A stretch of 64,000 nt of DNA from Candidatus Micrarchaeia archaeon (GTDB lineage: Archaea > Micrarchaeota > Micrarchaeia > Anstonellales > J096). The notes under the pieces are model-generated. The model made no database searches and was not told the origin of the DNA. It was given only the letters and a program-made list of their open reading frames with translations. The stretch covers positions 20,376-84,375 of the forward strand of contig JBGQMB010000001.1 of assembly GCA_041500405.1 (NCBI GenBank), written 5' to 3'. Of this stretch, positions 18,295 through 28,090 are shown piece after piece (the stretch's first letter is position 1; each line of letters begins with the position of its first letter). Made by a program: the position numbers and the translations under genes.

Positions 18295-18947
18295 TATTCA
18301 AGCGCCCCAAGAATCCTTGTGAGCAGCATGTCTGGCGCAAGCGTCCCATCAAAGCCGTCAACAGGCTTTCCGTTCGCAATGACAACAGTCCTCGGGACGT
18401 GCCTTACGCCGTTCTTGTCCGCCCATTCGCTGAACTCCACGGCCTCAACTCCGCATCCCATGACGTTCTTGTTCAGTATCGCCATGGCGTGCGCGAGCCT
18501 CACAGCTCCGGGGCAATACGGGCACTGCGGGGTCACGAAAACATCCAGCCTAAGCGGAACATTTATGGACGCAATCTTCTTTTTCAGGTCTTCCGGGAAT
18601 TCTACGGTTTCCCCTTTCGAGACTTCCACTATGGTTGCAAGGAAACCGCCGAATTCATGGCCGGACGGTATGCCGTAAAACCTGACCTTTCCCTTGTTCT
18701 TGCCATCAAAAATTACCAGCGGCGCGCGGTCTGCGCCGTATTTTTCCGCGGCGGCCTTGTCGCTTATCAGGTGCTTTTCAACCTCTATCTTGTCGCCAGC
18801 GCCCTTTATCTCGTCAAGCAGCATGGCTATGTCATTGCAGTATGTGCAGTTGTCCCCGCTGTCAAAATAGACAAGCTTTATCCTGTTTTCCATCCCCCTG
18901 AGGAAGTTCTTTACCTCGTTCTTCGTGTTTTCGTCAAGCAGCGGCAT
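18294..18947 (-). CDS. protein disulfide oxidoreductase (two thioredoxin folds)
   Basis: CTYC and CPYC motifs, RFYGIPSGHEF. Confidence 0.92.
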   Translation of the reverse strand: MPLLDENTKNEVKNFLRGMENRIKLVYFDSGDNCTYCNDIAMLLDEIKGAGDKIEVEKHLISDKAAAEKYGADRAPLVIFDGKNKGKVRFYGIPSGHEFGGFLATIVEVSKGETVEFPEDLKKKIASINVPLRLDVFVTPQCPYCPGAVRLAHAMAILNKNVMGCGVEAVEFSEWADKNGVRHVPRTVVIANGKPVDGFDGTLAPDMLLTRILGALE

Positions 18948-19088
18948 AGCGGCACCCATTTCCAAAATATAAAGAACTCTTGCGAACAGAGTGTTTAAAT
19001 AATTTCCGAACGCCCGCGCCGCGTCCCGGAATGTTTGCGCACCCTTTAAAATCTTAACGCTGCTTATTCCACCTGCTAAGGTGCATTG

Positions 19089-19496
19089 ATGGAAAATTAC
19101 GAGAAGCTTCTTGACAACGTCTATGGAAAGCTCAACTCCGAAAAGGCAAAACCCGGGGAAAGGTTCGAGATGCCGCCCCTTGACGTTCTCAATGAGGGAA
19201 AGAACAAGACTATCGTTAAAAACTTCAAAAGGATATGCGACGCCGTAAGGAGGGACCCGGCGATGCTGTCCAGGTACATTTCAAGGGAGGTCGGCGCGCC
19301 CGTCGATTTGGACGGCGAACGGCTCATCATACACAGGAGGGTGATGGGCATGGTCCTGCAGAAGAGGCTTGACTTCTTCGTTAAGGAATACGTGATATGC
19401 CAGCAGTGCGGAAAGCCCGACACCAACCTCGCGACAATAGAAAGGACAAAGATGCTCGTTTGCGAAAGCTGCGGGGCAAGAAGGCCGGTGAAATAA
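19089..19496 (+). CDS. eif2b: translation initiation factor 2 beta
   Basis: ERFEMP, TIVKNF, EYVICQQCGKPDT...CESCGA zinc ribbon. Confidence 0.95.
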   Translation: MENYEKLLDNVYGKLNSEKAKPGERFEMPPLDVLNEGKNKTIVKNFKRICDAVRRDPAMLSRYISREVGAPVDLDGERLIIHRRVMGMVLQKRLDFFVKEYVICQQCGKPDTNLATIERTKMLVCESCGARRPVK

Positions 19497-19837
19497 TGGG
19501 AAGGAAAGAAAGGGAAAAGCAAGCGGCGGCAATGAAGAACACTGTCTTCAGGGTAAGGATGCCAAGGAAAGAGGACGAGGAGATGTTCGGCATTGTCGTT
19601 TCAACGCTCGGCGGGGCAAGGATGCTCGTTGTCTGCGAGGACGGCAAGGAAAGGATTTGCAGGATACCCGGCAAGATAAAGAACAGGGTCTGGGTCAAGG
19701 AAGGGGACTATGTCGTGATCCAGCTTTGGGACGCGGAGAAGGACAGGAAAGCGGACATTGTCTGGAGATACAGGGACAACGAGTCCAAGTTCCTGAAGTC
19801 AAGGGGATTCCTGGACTTCCTCGGAGCCTCCCAGTAG
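19496..19837 (+). CDS. eif1a: translation initiation factor 1A
   Basis: RVRMP, LGGARM.V.CEDGKERICRIPGK, GDYVVI..W, ADIVWRY; ATG overlaps the aIF-2beta stop. Confidence 0.95.
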   Translation: MGRKEREKQAAAMKNTVFRVRMPRKEDEEMFGIVVSTLGGARMLVVCEDGKERICRIPGKIKNRVWVKEGDYVVIQLWDAEKDRKADIVWRYRDNESKFLKSRGFLDFLGASQ

Positions 19838-19882
19838 GGCCTTTCCAAAATTCTTATAAACAGTTGGGATGCATATCAGCGC

Positions 19883-20383
19883 ATGCAAAGCTTTGACATA
19901 ATTGCGCTTTTCCTGCTGCTGGTGCTGCCGGCATACATAGCAAATGCCATTCCCGTCGTTCTTGGGGGCGGAAAGTCCTTTGACGAGCTGCTGAAAGCCA
20001 GGCTATTTGGCAAGAACAAGACCATCAGGGGATTTGTTTCAGGCCTTGTTTTCGGGACATTGGCGGCATTCGCGGTTGCGATGGCGCTTCCGGCCTCCAT
20101 GGTGGCGCCGTACATCGCATTTGGTTTTCTTTCCTCGCTTGGAACAATGGCAGGGGACCTGCTTGGCAGCTTCATAAAAAGGAAATCCAAAATCGAGGAG
20201 GGCAAGCCGTTCTTCCTTGACCAGGTGCTTTTCATAATACTGGCCATGGCCTTTGGCTATCCGGTGCTGGGAAGCTATTACACGATTGAGCTGATGGCCG
20301 CAATCCTCATCCTGACATATGTTTTCCATGTGCTTTTCAACATAATAGCCAACAGGCTCGGAATCAAGAAAGTTCCTTGGTAG
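19883..20383 (+). CDS. carS: CDP-archaeol synthase
   Basis: LPAYIANAIPV, RLFGKNKTIRG, GDLLGSFIKR, LDQ, C-terminal LGIKKVPW. Confidence 0.93.
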   Translation: MQSFDIIALFLLLVLPAYIANAIPVVLGGGKSFDELLKARLFGKNKTIRGFVSGLVFGTLAAFAVAMALPASMVAPYIAFGFLSSLGTMAGDLLGSFIKRKSKIEEGKPFFLDQVLFIILAMAFGYPVLGSYYTIELMAAILILTYVFHVLFNIIANRLGIKKVPW

Positions 20384-20384
20384 T

Positions 20385-21590
20385 TCAGCGCATTGCATCT
20401 ATCGCGTTTATGGACGCGGCGCTCCTTGCAGGGAGTATTCCGGCAACAACGCCGACAAGCACGCCCATGGCAATAGCTATTATGACGACAAAAGAATCGA
20501 CCTCAAAAGGGATGCCATAGACTGCCTTCACAGTATATCCAACGGCCGTTCCGAATAGTGCGCCAAGCGCGGCGCCGGTCATGGACAGCGTGACAGATTC
20601 CAGCAGGAATATGCCGATGATGTCCTTCCTTTTTGCGCCAAGCGCCTTCATTATGCCTATCTCCTTTCTTCTCCTGAAAACGGACGTGAACATGGTGTTG
20701 CCTATTCCGACTGCGCTTACAAGGCTGGCTATGAGGCCGACTGCGGTAGCCCCGATGTACAGTATATTGAGCGACTGGTTGGCCATGTCTATTATGAACT
20801 TGGTCGTTATCACGCTGAAGCCGGCGTTGTCCAGGCTCACGCCCATCCTCCTTGCCAGCAGAGTCTCTATCTGGCTTTTCGTGTCGTCAATGTTGCATCC
20901 CTCGCCCACCTTAAGGATGGCCGCGTCCCTCTTGCCCTGCTTGTCGAACAGCGTTTCTGCCTCGCGTACCGGTATGTATATCTGTTCGTCGTCCGTCTGG
21001 CTGTAGGATGTCCCGACCTTGGTGAGCGTTCCGACCACCCTGAACGTCCTGTTGCCTATCATTATCGACTTGCCGGGCAGGATTTCCTCGCTGAAAATGG
21101 TGTTTGCGACCGCATATGCCAGGACCGCGGACGTGGTTTCCGTGTCCTTGAACACCCTTCCCTTTGCGACCTGCTGGTAATCGGGGTACATCGTGAAATA
21201 ATTGTCAGAAAGCCCCATCACCAGTATGCTGGCCTCCTCGTCCCCGTAATAGATGTTCTGCTTTTTGTATACCATCTCGCATACGCTCTCCACGCAAGTT
21301 AGCCCCTTTATTGCGGTTATGTCAGCGTTGCTGAATTCCGTTATGGCGCTGAATGCCCCCCCAACGCCGCTGCCCACCATCTTGTTCATGTTGAACGGCA
21401 TCACTATTATCTGGTCGGTGCCGATTTGCATTATCAGGGACTGGACATCCATTATTATCCCCCTGCCGACCCCGAGGATTATGACAGCGGTGAAAAGGCC
21501 CAAGAATATGCCTATCAGCGTGAGCATGCTCCTGAGGCTGTCTCTTCTGAGCGCATCCACCACAAAGCCCAGCATATGGCCCAATCTCAT
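20385..21590 (-). CDS. MacB/FtsX-family ABC permease
   Basis: RSMLTLIGI, GIGNTMFTSV.RR.KEIGIMKALGA, PARSAASI. Confidence 0.92.
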   Translation of the reverse strand: MRLGHMLGFVVDALRRDSLRSMLTLIGIFLGLFTAVIILGVGRGIIMDVQSLIMQIGTDQIIVMPFNMNKMVGSGVGGAFSAITEFSNADITAIKGLTCVESVCEMVYKKQNIYYGDEEASILVMGLSDNYFTMYPDYQQVAKGRVFKDTETTSAVLAYAVANTIFSEEILPGKSIMIGNRTFRVVGTLTKVGTSYSQTDDEQIYIPVREAETLFDKQGKRDAAILKVGEGCNIDDTKSQIETLLARRMGVSLDNAGFSVITTKFIIDMANQSLNILYIGATAVGLIASLVSAVGIGNTMFTSVFRRRKEIGIMKALGAKRKDIIGIFLLESVTLSMTGAALGALFGTAVGYTVKAVYGIPFEVDSFVVIIAIAMGVLVGVVAGILPARSAASINAIDAMR

Positions 21591-21591
21591 G

Positions 21592-22797
21592 CTACTCGTA
21601 CCTCAGGGCCTCTGCGGCGTTTATGCCTGACGCTATCTTCGCGGGAACGTATGACGCAACGCCTGAGCCGATTGTTATGAACACGATTGCCAGCCCCGTC
21701 TGCAAATATTCTATTGAAAATGGCACCCAGGGGGCTATCAGGGTTCCCAACCCAATCCCCACAGCCGCGCCAACCACAGACCCGATGAAGCCAAGGCCCG
21801 CGCCCTCAAGAAGGTATATCGCCAGTATCTCTGACCTTTTTGCGCCTATGGACTTCATTATGGCTATCTCCTTTGTCCTGTCGATGACGTTCATGTACAT
21901 CGTGTTTCCAACGCCGACAAGGCCGATTATCACGGATATTGAGGCGACCGCAATGAAGAATAGGTTAAGGGTTCCCAGTATCTTGTCCATCTGGCTGTTT
22001 ATGAACGCCGGGGTTATCACAGTGAACCATTTGTCGTCCTCGCTGGTTATTTTTTTGTAGAACATCAGCGTTCTCTCTATCTCTGCTCCAACGGAGTTGG
22101 AGTCGTATCCGGGGCTTGTCTTCACCACAATGGCGCCTATCTGGTCGCTTCCGTACGTGCTGTTGTAGAACTCCCTGCCCGTTTCGTACGGTATGTAAAC
22201 AAGGTTGTCCAGGTTTGCGGCCGGATTGCCGGTCTCGTTGAGTATCCCGACCAGCGTGAACGTCCTGTTGTTGAGCACGATTTTCTTTCCGATGTTTATT
22301 TTCCCGCCAAGGTTTTCGTTGACGTTGCTCCCAAAGACCATCTCAAACCTGCCCGTGCTGAGCCACCTGCCCTCATTCACTATTATTCCAGTTAAAATTT
22401 CATCGGCATCCTCCGAAATCGCATAAACAGAGACCTCGAATTCCTTGTCTTTGTATTCCATCTTTGAGGTCCCGCTCAGCACCGGGATGGCCTTCTTCAC
22501 GCCCTCCACCATCAGGATTTTCTTTATGTCGCTTTCCGTGAACCTGTCGGTCTGCACGCTGAACTGCGTCGCTGAAATAGACGCTATGCTCTGGGTGCTG
22601 ATTGGTATTATAGTAATGACGTCTGTTCCAATGAACTTCAGCTTTGACATGACGCTCTCCTCTGTTCCCTTGGAGATGCCTGTCAGAAGCGCCACGCTGA
22701 ACACGCCTATCACTATCGCCGTAAGCGTGAGCAGCGTCCTTATGTTGGAGTAGCCCATCGACTTCAGGGCGAACTTCCCTATTGACTCGCGCTTCAT
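21592..22797 (-). CDS. MacB/FtsX-family ABC permease
   Basis: RTLLTLTAIVIG, NTMYMNV.DRTKEIAIMKSIGA, EALRYE. Confidence 0.92.
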   Translation of the reverse strand: MKRESIGKFALKSMGYSNIRTLLTLTAIVIGVFSVALLTGISKGTEESVMSKLKFIGTDVITIIPISTQSIASISATQFSVQTDRFTESDIKKILMVEGVKKAIPVLSGTSKMEYKDKEFEVSVYAISEDADEILTGIIVNEGRWLSTGRFEMVFGSNVNENLGGKINIGKKIVLNNRTFTLVGILNETGNPAANLDNLVYIPYETGREFYNSTYGSDQIGAIVVKTSPGYDSNSVGAEIERTLMFYKKITSEDDKWFTVITPAFINSQMDKILGTLNLFFIAVASISVIIGLVGVGNTMYMNVIDRTKEIAIMKSIGAKRSEILAIYLLEGAGLGFIGSVVGAAVGIGLGTLIAPWVPFSIEYLQTGLAIVFITIGSGVASYVPAKIASGINAAEALRYE

Positions 22798-24251
22798 TTC
22801 TTCGCTTCCTTCCTTTTCCTGAACAGCAGGTATGCGGCAACCGCAACAACGGCTATGCCGATTATCATCAGCATGCCGCCGTCGCCCGATCTCTCCGCCG
22901 CCTTTATGTTTATTGGCACTTCTGTTGTCTTCACATGCTCAACGCCGGACGGGTCCTTGAAGCTGACCGTTATTTCCACGGAGCTGTTTGCCGGCGGGCT
23001 GCCCGCTACCCTTATCTTGAATTGCTGGCTGCTGAAGTCGTCGTTGTTTATTGAGCCTATGAATTTTCTCTTCTCAACGTCCAGGACGTCGAAGCTGTTG
23101 GAGTCTATGCTGACCGAGACGCCGTCCATCTCATAGCTGGCCTTGTTTGCCACAACCACGGAAAGCGTATGCTCGCCCCCCGCGGTAAGCGGGCTTGGGT
23201 TCGCCTCCATGTAAATTTCTATGGGGTCGTCAGACCCGACGGATATCGGCACCCCGATGGTGTCGCTCTTTTCCTGGCCGTTTTCCTTCCAGCGCACGGT
23301 GAAGTTGACAACGTTCACTCCGGGATCAAGCGAGGTGTATGTCATTTCCGAGAATGATTCCTTCTGCCCGCTTGCCATGTCCCCGGCCTCTATCTCGCTG
23401 CTCTTCGTCAGGGTTATGCTGGAGCCTGGCGTTATCCTGATGTCCTGCGCCGCTTCTCCCTTGTTCTCGACAGTGAATGCCAGGGCGCCGCTCTTCCTGT
23501 TTGTTATTGTTCCTGTCTGGCTTATGACGAACCTGCCAGCCTCCTTGGAGATGCTCATCGGTATATAGACGGTTTCGGAATATCTACCGCCAAGCGTGTC
23601 CGAATAGCTGAGGTTGAACGCTATGTTGCCGGTCCCCTCATTCAGGCCGGATGAATCGTATTCCGCATTCACTGTTGTGCAGTTGCTCACGCTGCTGATG
23701 TATATCCTTCCGCCGTTAAGGTAAAGCTGCGACGAAATTTCAATGTTCTTCGGGCTTCCCTTCTTGGCGCAGACCGTCAATCCGATCGTGCCGCTCTTGC
23801 CTATGCTTTTCGGGCTCGCCTCAAGCGTAATTACCGGCTTCGAGACGACCTTGACTATAACGGCCGCGACCCCGCTGTCAATCTTGTCGCTCTTTGTCCC
23901 GCTCTCGTCGATCTTGGCAACGCCGGACACCGTTGCCGGCACAGTGTAAATGCCCTCCTGCGTGTTCGCCCCTATCGTAATGGGCACGGTCAGTATGGTG
24001 CTTCCGCCGCTTATGGTGCCAAGGTTCTGGTAATAGTCCGTGAAAGACGAATACGACGTTATAGTGACAGCGCTGAACCCTGAAAGCGTCTCGCCGGACG
24101 CTAGGTTCGTCGTCATCGCAACGTTCAATGTCGCATATCCAGAGTCCCCGGGCTCATAGCTGGCCTTGTCAGTAGACCAGGACGTTATCGTTATCCCAAA
24201 CGACGCCACCATGAGCGCCGCCAACACAAACAACATGCAAAGTTTTTTCAT
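22794..24251 (-). CDS. secreted beta-rich S-layer-domain-like (COG1361-type) protein with C-terminal membrane anchor
   Basis: Signal peptide, repeated Ig/CARDB-like segments (FTVENKGE, VVVANK), C-terminal TM plus basic tail; lies between ABC ATPase and permeases. Confidence 0.75.
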   Translation of the reverse strand: MKKLCMLFVLAALMVASFGITITSWSTDKASYEPGDSGYATLNVAMTTNLASGETLSGFSAVTITSYSSFTDYYQNLGTISGGSTILTVPITIGANTQEGIYTVPATVSGVAKIDESGTKSDKIDSGVAAVIVKVVSKPVITLEASPKSIGKSGTIGLTVCAKKGSPKNIEISSQLYLNGGRIYISSVSNCTTVNAEYDSSGLNEGTGNIAFNLSYSDTLGGRYSETVYIPMSISKEAGRFVISQTGTITNRKSGALAFTVENKGEAAQDIRITPGSSITLTKSSEIEAGDMASGQKESFSEMTYTSLDPGVNVVNFTVRWKENGQEKSDTIGVPISVGSDDPIEIYMEANPSPLTAGGEHTLSVVVANKASYEMDGVSVSIDSNSFDVLDVEKRKFIGSINNDDFSSQQFKIRVAGSPPANSSVEITVSFKDPSGVEHVKTTEVPINIKAAERSGDGGMLMIIGIAVVAVAAYLLFRKRKEAKK

Positions 24252-24937
24252 TTCTTTTCAACCTCTTTTTCTATTTTTCCATCCCTTAGGAATATAATCC
24301 TGTCGGCATGCGCCGTAAGGTCCGAGTCATGCGTGACTATCACGATTGTCTTTCCCTCGTCGTTGAGCTCCTGGAACAGCTCTATCACGTCCTCCCCGCT
24401 TTTGGAGTCCAGGTTTCCCGTAGGCTCGTCCGCAAGCAGGAAGGACGGCCTCATGCTAAGCGCCCTTGCTATCGCGACGCGCTGCTGCTGGCCCCCGCTG
24501 AGCTGGTTGGGCCTGTTCTGCAGCCTGTCGCCCATGCCGAGCCTTTTTAGCGTCTCTTCCGCAGTTTCCCTTGCCTCTTCGTCGTCAAAATCATAAATCT
24601 GCATCGGCAGCATGACGTTCTCAACCGCGGTAAGCGACGGTATGAGGTTGAACGCCTGGAAAATGAACCCTATGTCCTTGCCCCTTTCCGCCGCGGCCTC
24701 GTCCTCAGTGAGCTTTGAGACATCCTTGTCGTTAAGGAACACCTTTCCCGTTGTCGGCGTGTCCAGCAGCCCCATCATGTGGAGCAAGGTTGACTTTCCG
24801 CTTCCGCTGGGCCCAAGTATTGTCAGCAATTCGCCTGGGTGCACCTCGAGGTCAATGTCCTTCAGCACGTGCGCCTTTATCACCGTGCTGTTGTATATCT
24901 TGTTGACATTCTCCAGCTTCATCGTGTGCTTGTGCAT
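24248..24937 (-). CDS. ABC ATP-binding protein (LolD/MacB type)
   Basis: GPSGSGKST, LSGGQQQRVAIAR, ADEPTGNLD, IVTHD. Confidence 0.96.
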   Translation of the reverse strand: MHKHTMKLENVNKIYNSTVIKAHVLKDIDLEVHPGELLTILGPSGSGKSTLLHMMGLLDTPTTGKVFLNDKDVSKLTEDEAAAERGKDIGFIFQAFNLIPSLTAVENVMLPMQIYDFDDEEARETAEETLKRLGMGDRLQNRPNQLSGGQQQRVAIARALSMRPSFLLADEPTGNLDSKSGEDVIELFQELNDEGKTIVIVTHDSDLTAHADRIIFLRDGKIEKEVEKK

Positions 24938-25278
24938 CCTGCCATCTCCCTCATGAACTGCCCCCTCATCCCGTGGCTCACGAATCCCTTAGCCGCGGAC
25001 AGGCATTTTGCGCCCTTTGACGTTATTGTGTAGCAGACCTTCCTGCCTTTTTTGCCCCTTGATATGAGCCCCTCCTTTGACATTGAAGACAGGAGCGGAT
25101 ATATCCTTGACGCCTTTATGTATCCCATGCCCATCGCATTCAGGTCCTTCATTATTGCGTAGCCGTGGGCGGAGCCCCTGCCCATTATCCAGAGCACGAC
25201 AATGGTGTGCTTCATGCGCATGACTTTCCGCACGAAGCCTATGCCGAGCTTCCCGCCTTTGGGCATGCGTATATCCAT
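24919..25278 (-). CDS. PadR-family transcriptional regulator
   Basis: HGYAIM, IYPLLSSM..EGLI, RKVCYTITSKG. Confidence 0.88.
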   Translation of the reverse strand: MDIRMPKGGKLGIGFVRKVMRMKHTIVVLWIMGRGSAHGYAIMKDLNAMGMGYIKASRIYPLLSSMSKEGLISRGKKGRKVCYTITSKGAKCLSAAKGFVSHGMRGQFMREMAGCTSTR

Positions 25279-25305
25279 AATTGGATATATCTTGGATTTG
25301 ATATA
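25270..25305. promoter_or_regulatory. two overlapping TATATC-N8-GATATA palindromes, putative PadR operator
   Basis: Copies at 25270-25289 and 25286-25305 covering the padR start codon and promoter. Confidence 0.7.
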
Positions 25306-25371
25306 TAAACCTTTGCCTTTTTTTGCGTCGATAGCTTAAGGGTTATAAATCTATGATAGGATATCATTCCG

Positions 25372-26067
25372 ATGCCAATGGCGGAATCAAGGCCGTATGT
25401 GATAAGGTCCATAGACAGGATAGGGGACATAAAGGTGTTCCGGCTTTTCCCTGAAGACGGAAAGCCGGTTGCGTTCCTGCCTGGCCAATTCGTTAGCCTC
25501 TTTAAGCTGGACGAAAGGACATTGACGCGCGCATATTCTGTCGCCTCTTCTCCAGACTCGCCCCTGATGGAGCTGGCAATCCAGATAATCGGCGGGAAGT
25601 TCACGTCATATCTTGACACCCTTAAGGCCAATGACAGAATAGGGCTGATGGGGCCTTTTGGCGCCAACGGCTATTCCGGGGAAACAAAGGCGGTCATGAT
25701 AGCGGCGGGGGTCGGCATAACGCCCATGGCGTCCATATGCAGGCACATCGCCTCAAAAAAGATAAAGGGCGATTTCAGGCTTTACTATTTCTGCGGGAAG
25801 AGGGAGAACGCGGCGTTCCTTCCAGAGCTTATGTCATATTCCAAGTCCGGCATCATAAAGGGCGATTTCAGGTTCACCAAGGAACCGGTTCCGGGATTCA
25901 GCCAGGAAAGGGTTAATATCAACAAGGTAATCGAGAGCCTGGGTCCCTCGTTTGCGGAATACTCGTATTACCTCTGCGGGCCTGTTGCAATGGTTAAGTC
26001 GTTCAGCGACGCAATCATCGCAAAGGGCGTTGACAGGAAAAAGATAAAGTCCGACGCGTTCGGCTAG
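25372..26067 (+). CDS. FAD/NAD(P)-binding oxidoreductase (ferredoxin-NADP reductase family)
   Basis: FLPGQFV, RAYSVAS, GKFTSYL, GPFG, AAGVGITP, YLCGP..MV. Confidence 0.92.
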   Translation: MPMAESRPYVIRSIDRIGDIKVFRLFPEDGKPVAFLPGQFVSLFKLDERTLTRAYSVASSPDSPLMELAIQIIGGKFTSYLDTLKANDRIGLMGPFGANGYSGETKAVMIAAGVGITPMASICRHIASKKIKGDFRLYYFCGKRENAAFLPELMSYSKSGIIKGDFRFTKEPVPGFSQERVNINKVIESLGPSFAEYSYYLCGPVAMVKSFSDAIIAKGVDRKKIKSDAFG

Positions 26068-26152
26068 AGCGAGAAAATAAAGTAGGAAATATTGGCCCTG
26101 GGCTGCGATGGATTTTAAAACTGTTATAATACCACTTAATATGTGGTTTATA

Positions 26153-26941
26153 ATGGCACTCAGAACCAAAGAATCGGCAACAGGACCATGCACGGCGCCC
26201 TCGGGCATTTGCAAATTCAAGAACGCAACTGAAATCGGAAAAAATGCATCCGCAACCAAGAGCATGCTTCATACAAAATTCGGCCTGGCAATATGGAGAA
26301 GGAATCTGGATTCTGCAACCAGGTGCATTGCGGACGGGGCCGACCCCAATGCGATGTTTGATGGCATTCCGGACGCAATCAACCAGGGCCTATGGACGAT
26401 GTTCTCCTATGCATGCCATCATGCGTTGTCTGAAAATGACGCCCATATAGTGAGGGCGATGCTTGAAAGGTGCAGGGGCGTGGGCATCAACGCAATCGAC
26501 ATCGAAGGCAAAACCCCGTTGATGCTGGCATTGGAAAATTCCAACAAGGAGGTTGCCGGGCTGATACTGAAATACGATGTGGACGTCAGAATAAAGGACA
26601 ATGAAGGCAAGACTGCCCTGGTTCACGCAATCAAGAACTGCAACGGCATTGGTATCATTGCCATGATTCTTGAAAAAGGCGCGGATGCCAATGCAACCGA
26701 CAACTGCGGCAGGACGCCGATGATGTGGGCTTCTGATTCGGAGTGCGCCGCGGCGCTTATTGCCAGCAGAGCAGAAATGAATGCAAGGGACGCCAACGGC
26801 AGGTCCGTGCTTGGCCATGCTATCGGAAGCCTCGAGTTCTGCAAGGCATGCCTCCATTCCGAACTTGAATATTACATCGAAATGGTGGAGAGTTATGGCA
26901 AACTGGTTGATTTCCTAAAAGGCGCAGGCGCAAGGGAATAA
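26153..26941 (+). CDS. ankyrin-repeat protein (start uncertain)
   Basis: GKTPLMLA, GKTALVHA, GRTPMMWA, GRSVLGHA with GADxN-type linkers. Confidence 0.88.
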   Translation: MALRTKESATGPCTAPSGICKFKNATEIGKNASATKSMLHTKFGLAIWRRNLDSATRCIADGADPNAMFDGIPDAINQGLWTMFSYACHHALSENDAHIVRAMLERCRGVGINAIDIEGKTPLMLALENSNKEVAGLILKYDVDVRIKDNEGKTALVHAIKNCNGIGIIAMILEKGADANATDNCGRTPMMWASDSECAAALIASRAEMNARDANGRSVLGHAIGSLEFCKACLHSELEYYIEMVESYGKLVDFLKGAGARE

Positions 26942-26949
26942 TAGCGGCA

Positions 26950-28038
26950 TCATATCGAGAAAACAAGGTACGGAATTATTATTGAGCCGAGCAGCGCCGT
27001 TTTCTCGTCGTAGAATTTGTTTCCCACTGCAAAAGACGCCAGCATCAGCGCCGCGCCTGCCAGCCCGGATGTCGCAATGACAACAAGCGATATTGCCGCG
27101 GCAGCCAGGGCATACCCAAGCCTGCCCCTGCTGATTGTCCTGAAAATATTCTCTGCGACCGCAACCACAATCAGCGCGCCTGCGACATAGCCCATCACGA
27201 ACCAGATTTCGTTTCCTTTCACGATGTCCGCAATCTGGATGGTCGCGCCCACGCGCGGGGCCCCGACATCCAAGCCGGAAAAGCTCATGAAATACTGGGA
27301 CGCGGAGAACGAGGAAAAGAAGGACAGCATGGAAATGTCCTTCAGCATCGGATATGCAAACGCGCCCATTGCAGACGGCGCGCCCACTGCCGGAATTCCG
27401 AAGGAGACAAGCGCAAGCAGGACGCCAAGAATTGCACCCTTCGCCATTTCCTTGGAGTTTGGCATGCGGATGCTCTGCTGGACCGGCTTTTCCGTCCTTC
27501 CAAGCATTCCTCCGATGAGGAACGGAAGCGCAAAAAGGCCAGTGAAAATCGCCATGAACGGGTTGTCCAGATGAAAAGATATGCCGATGTAGCCGATTGC
27601 GCCTGAAAGAAGCAATCCAATGACCCAGCCGATGCGCCTGTTGAAAACCAGATTAAGGAAAAGCACAAGCAGGACAAGGTAAAACGAAACGGGCTTTAAC
27701 AGGGTTGCGGCGCTTTGCACAACGCTCCCGGGAATCATCACAGAAAGAATCAATCCAATGAACCCTGCGCCAAGCCAGCAGAAAACATACTCCCTGAGCC
27801 TGCCCTGGTTCAGGAACCTGTGCACAAGCGGAAGGGCTATGCCTGCCTCCCCTGGCGAGTAGGCGTAGATTATGGTCTGGATGATGACAAGCGCTGAAAA
27901 GGACCCGTACATCAGCATAAGCGCCTCGGGCGGCAGGATGCCCTCCGTAAGGCTCAAAATAAGCGAGATATGCACCCCTGGCAAGAACGAGAAAAGAACG
28001 ACCAATGCCAGACCAATGGCAAGGTCCACTGCAGCCAT
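26950..28038 (-). CDS. multi-pass membrane protein, TctA/DUF112-like
   Basis: FLPGVH, LPLVHRFL.QGR, LLSGAIG, AIFTGLFALP. Confidence 0.65.
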   Translation of the reverse strand: MAAVDLAIGLALVVLFSFLPGVHISLILSLTEGILPPEALMLMYGSFSALVIIQTIIYAYSPGEAGIALPLVHRFLNQGRLREYVFCWLGAGFIGLILSVMIPGSVVQSAATLLKPVSFYLVLLVLFLNLVFNRRIGWVIGLLLSGAIGYIGISFHLDNPFMAIFTGLFALPFLIGGMLGRTEKPVQQSIRMPNSKEMAKGAILGVLLALVSFGIPAVGAPSAMGAFAYPMLKDISMLSFFSSFSASQYFMSFSGLDVGAPRVGATIQIADIVKGNEIWFVMGYVAGALIVVAVAENIFRTISRGRLGYALAAAAISLVVIATSGLAGAALMLASFAVGNKFYDEKTALLGSIIIPYLVFSI

Positions 28039-28090
28039 GAATCAGATTGGCGCAGCCTGATTTTTAACCCCTTCGCCGTACAATAAAGGC

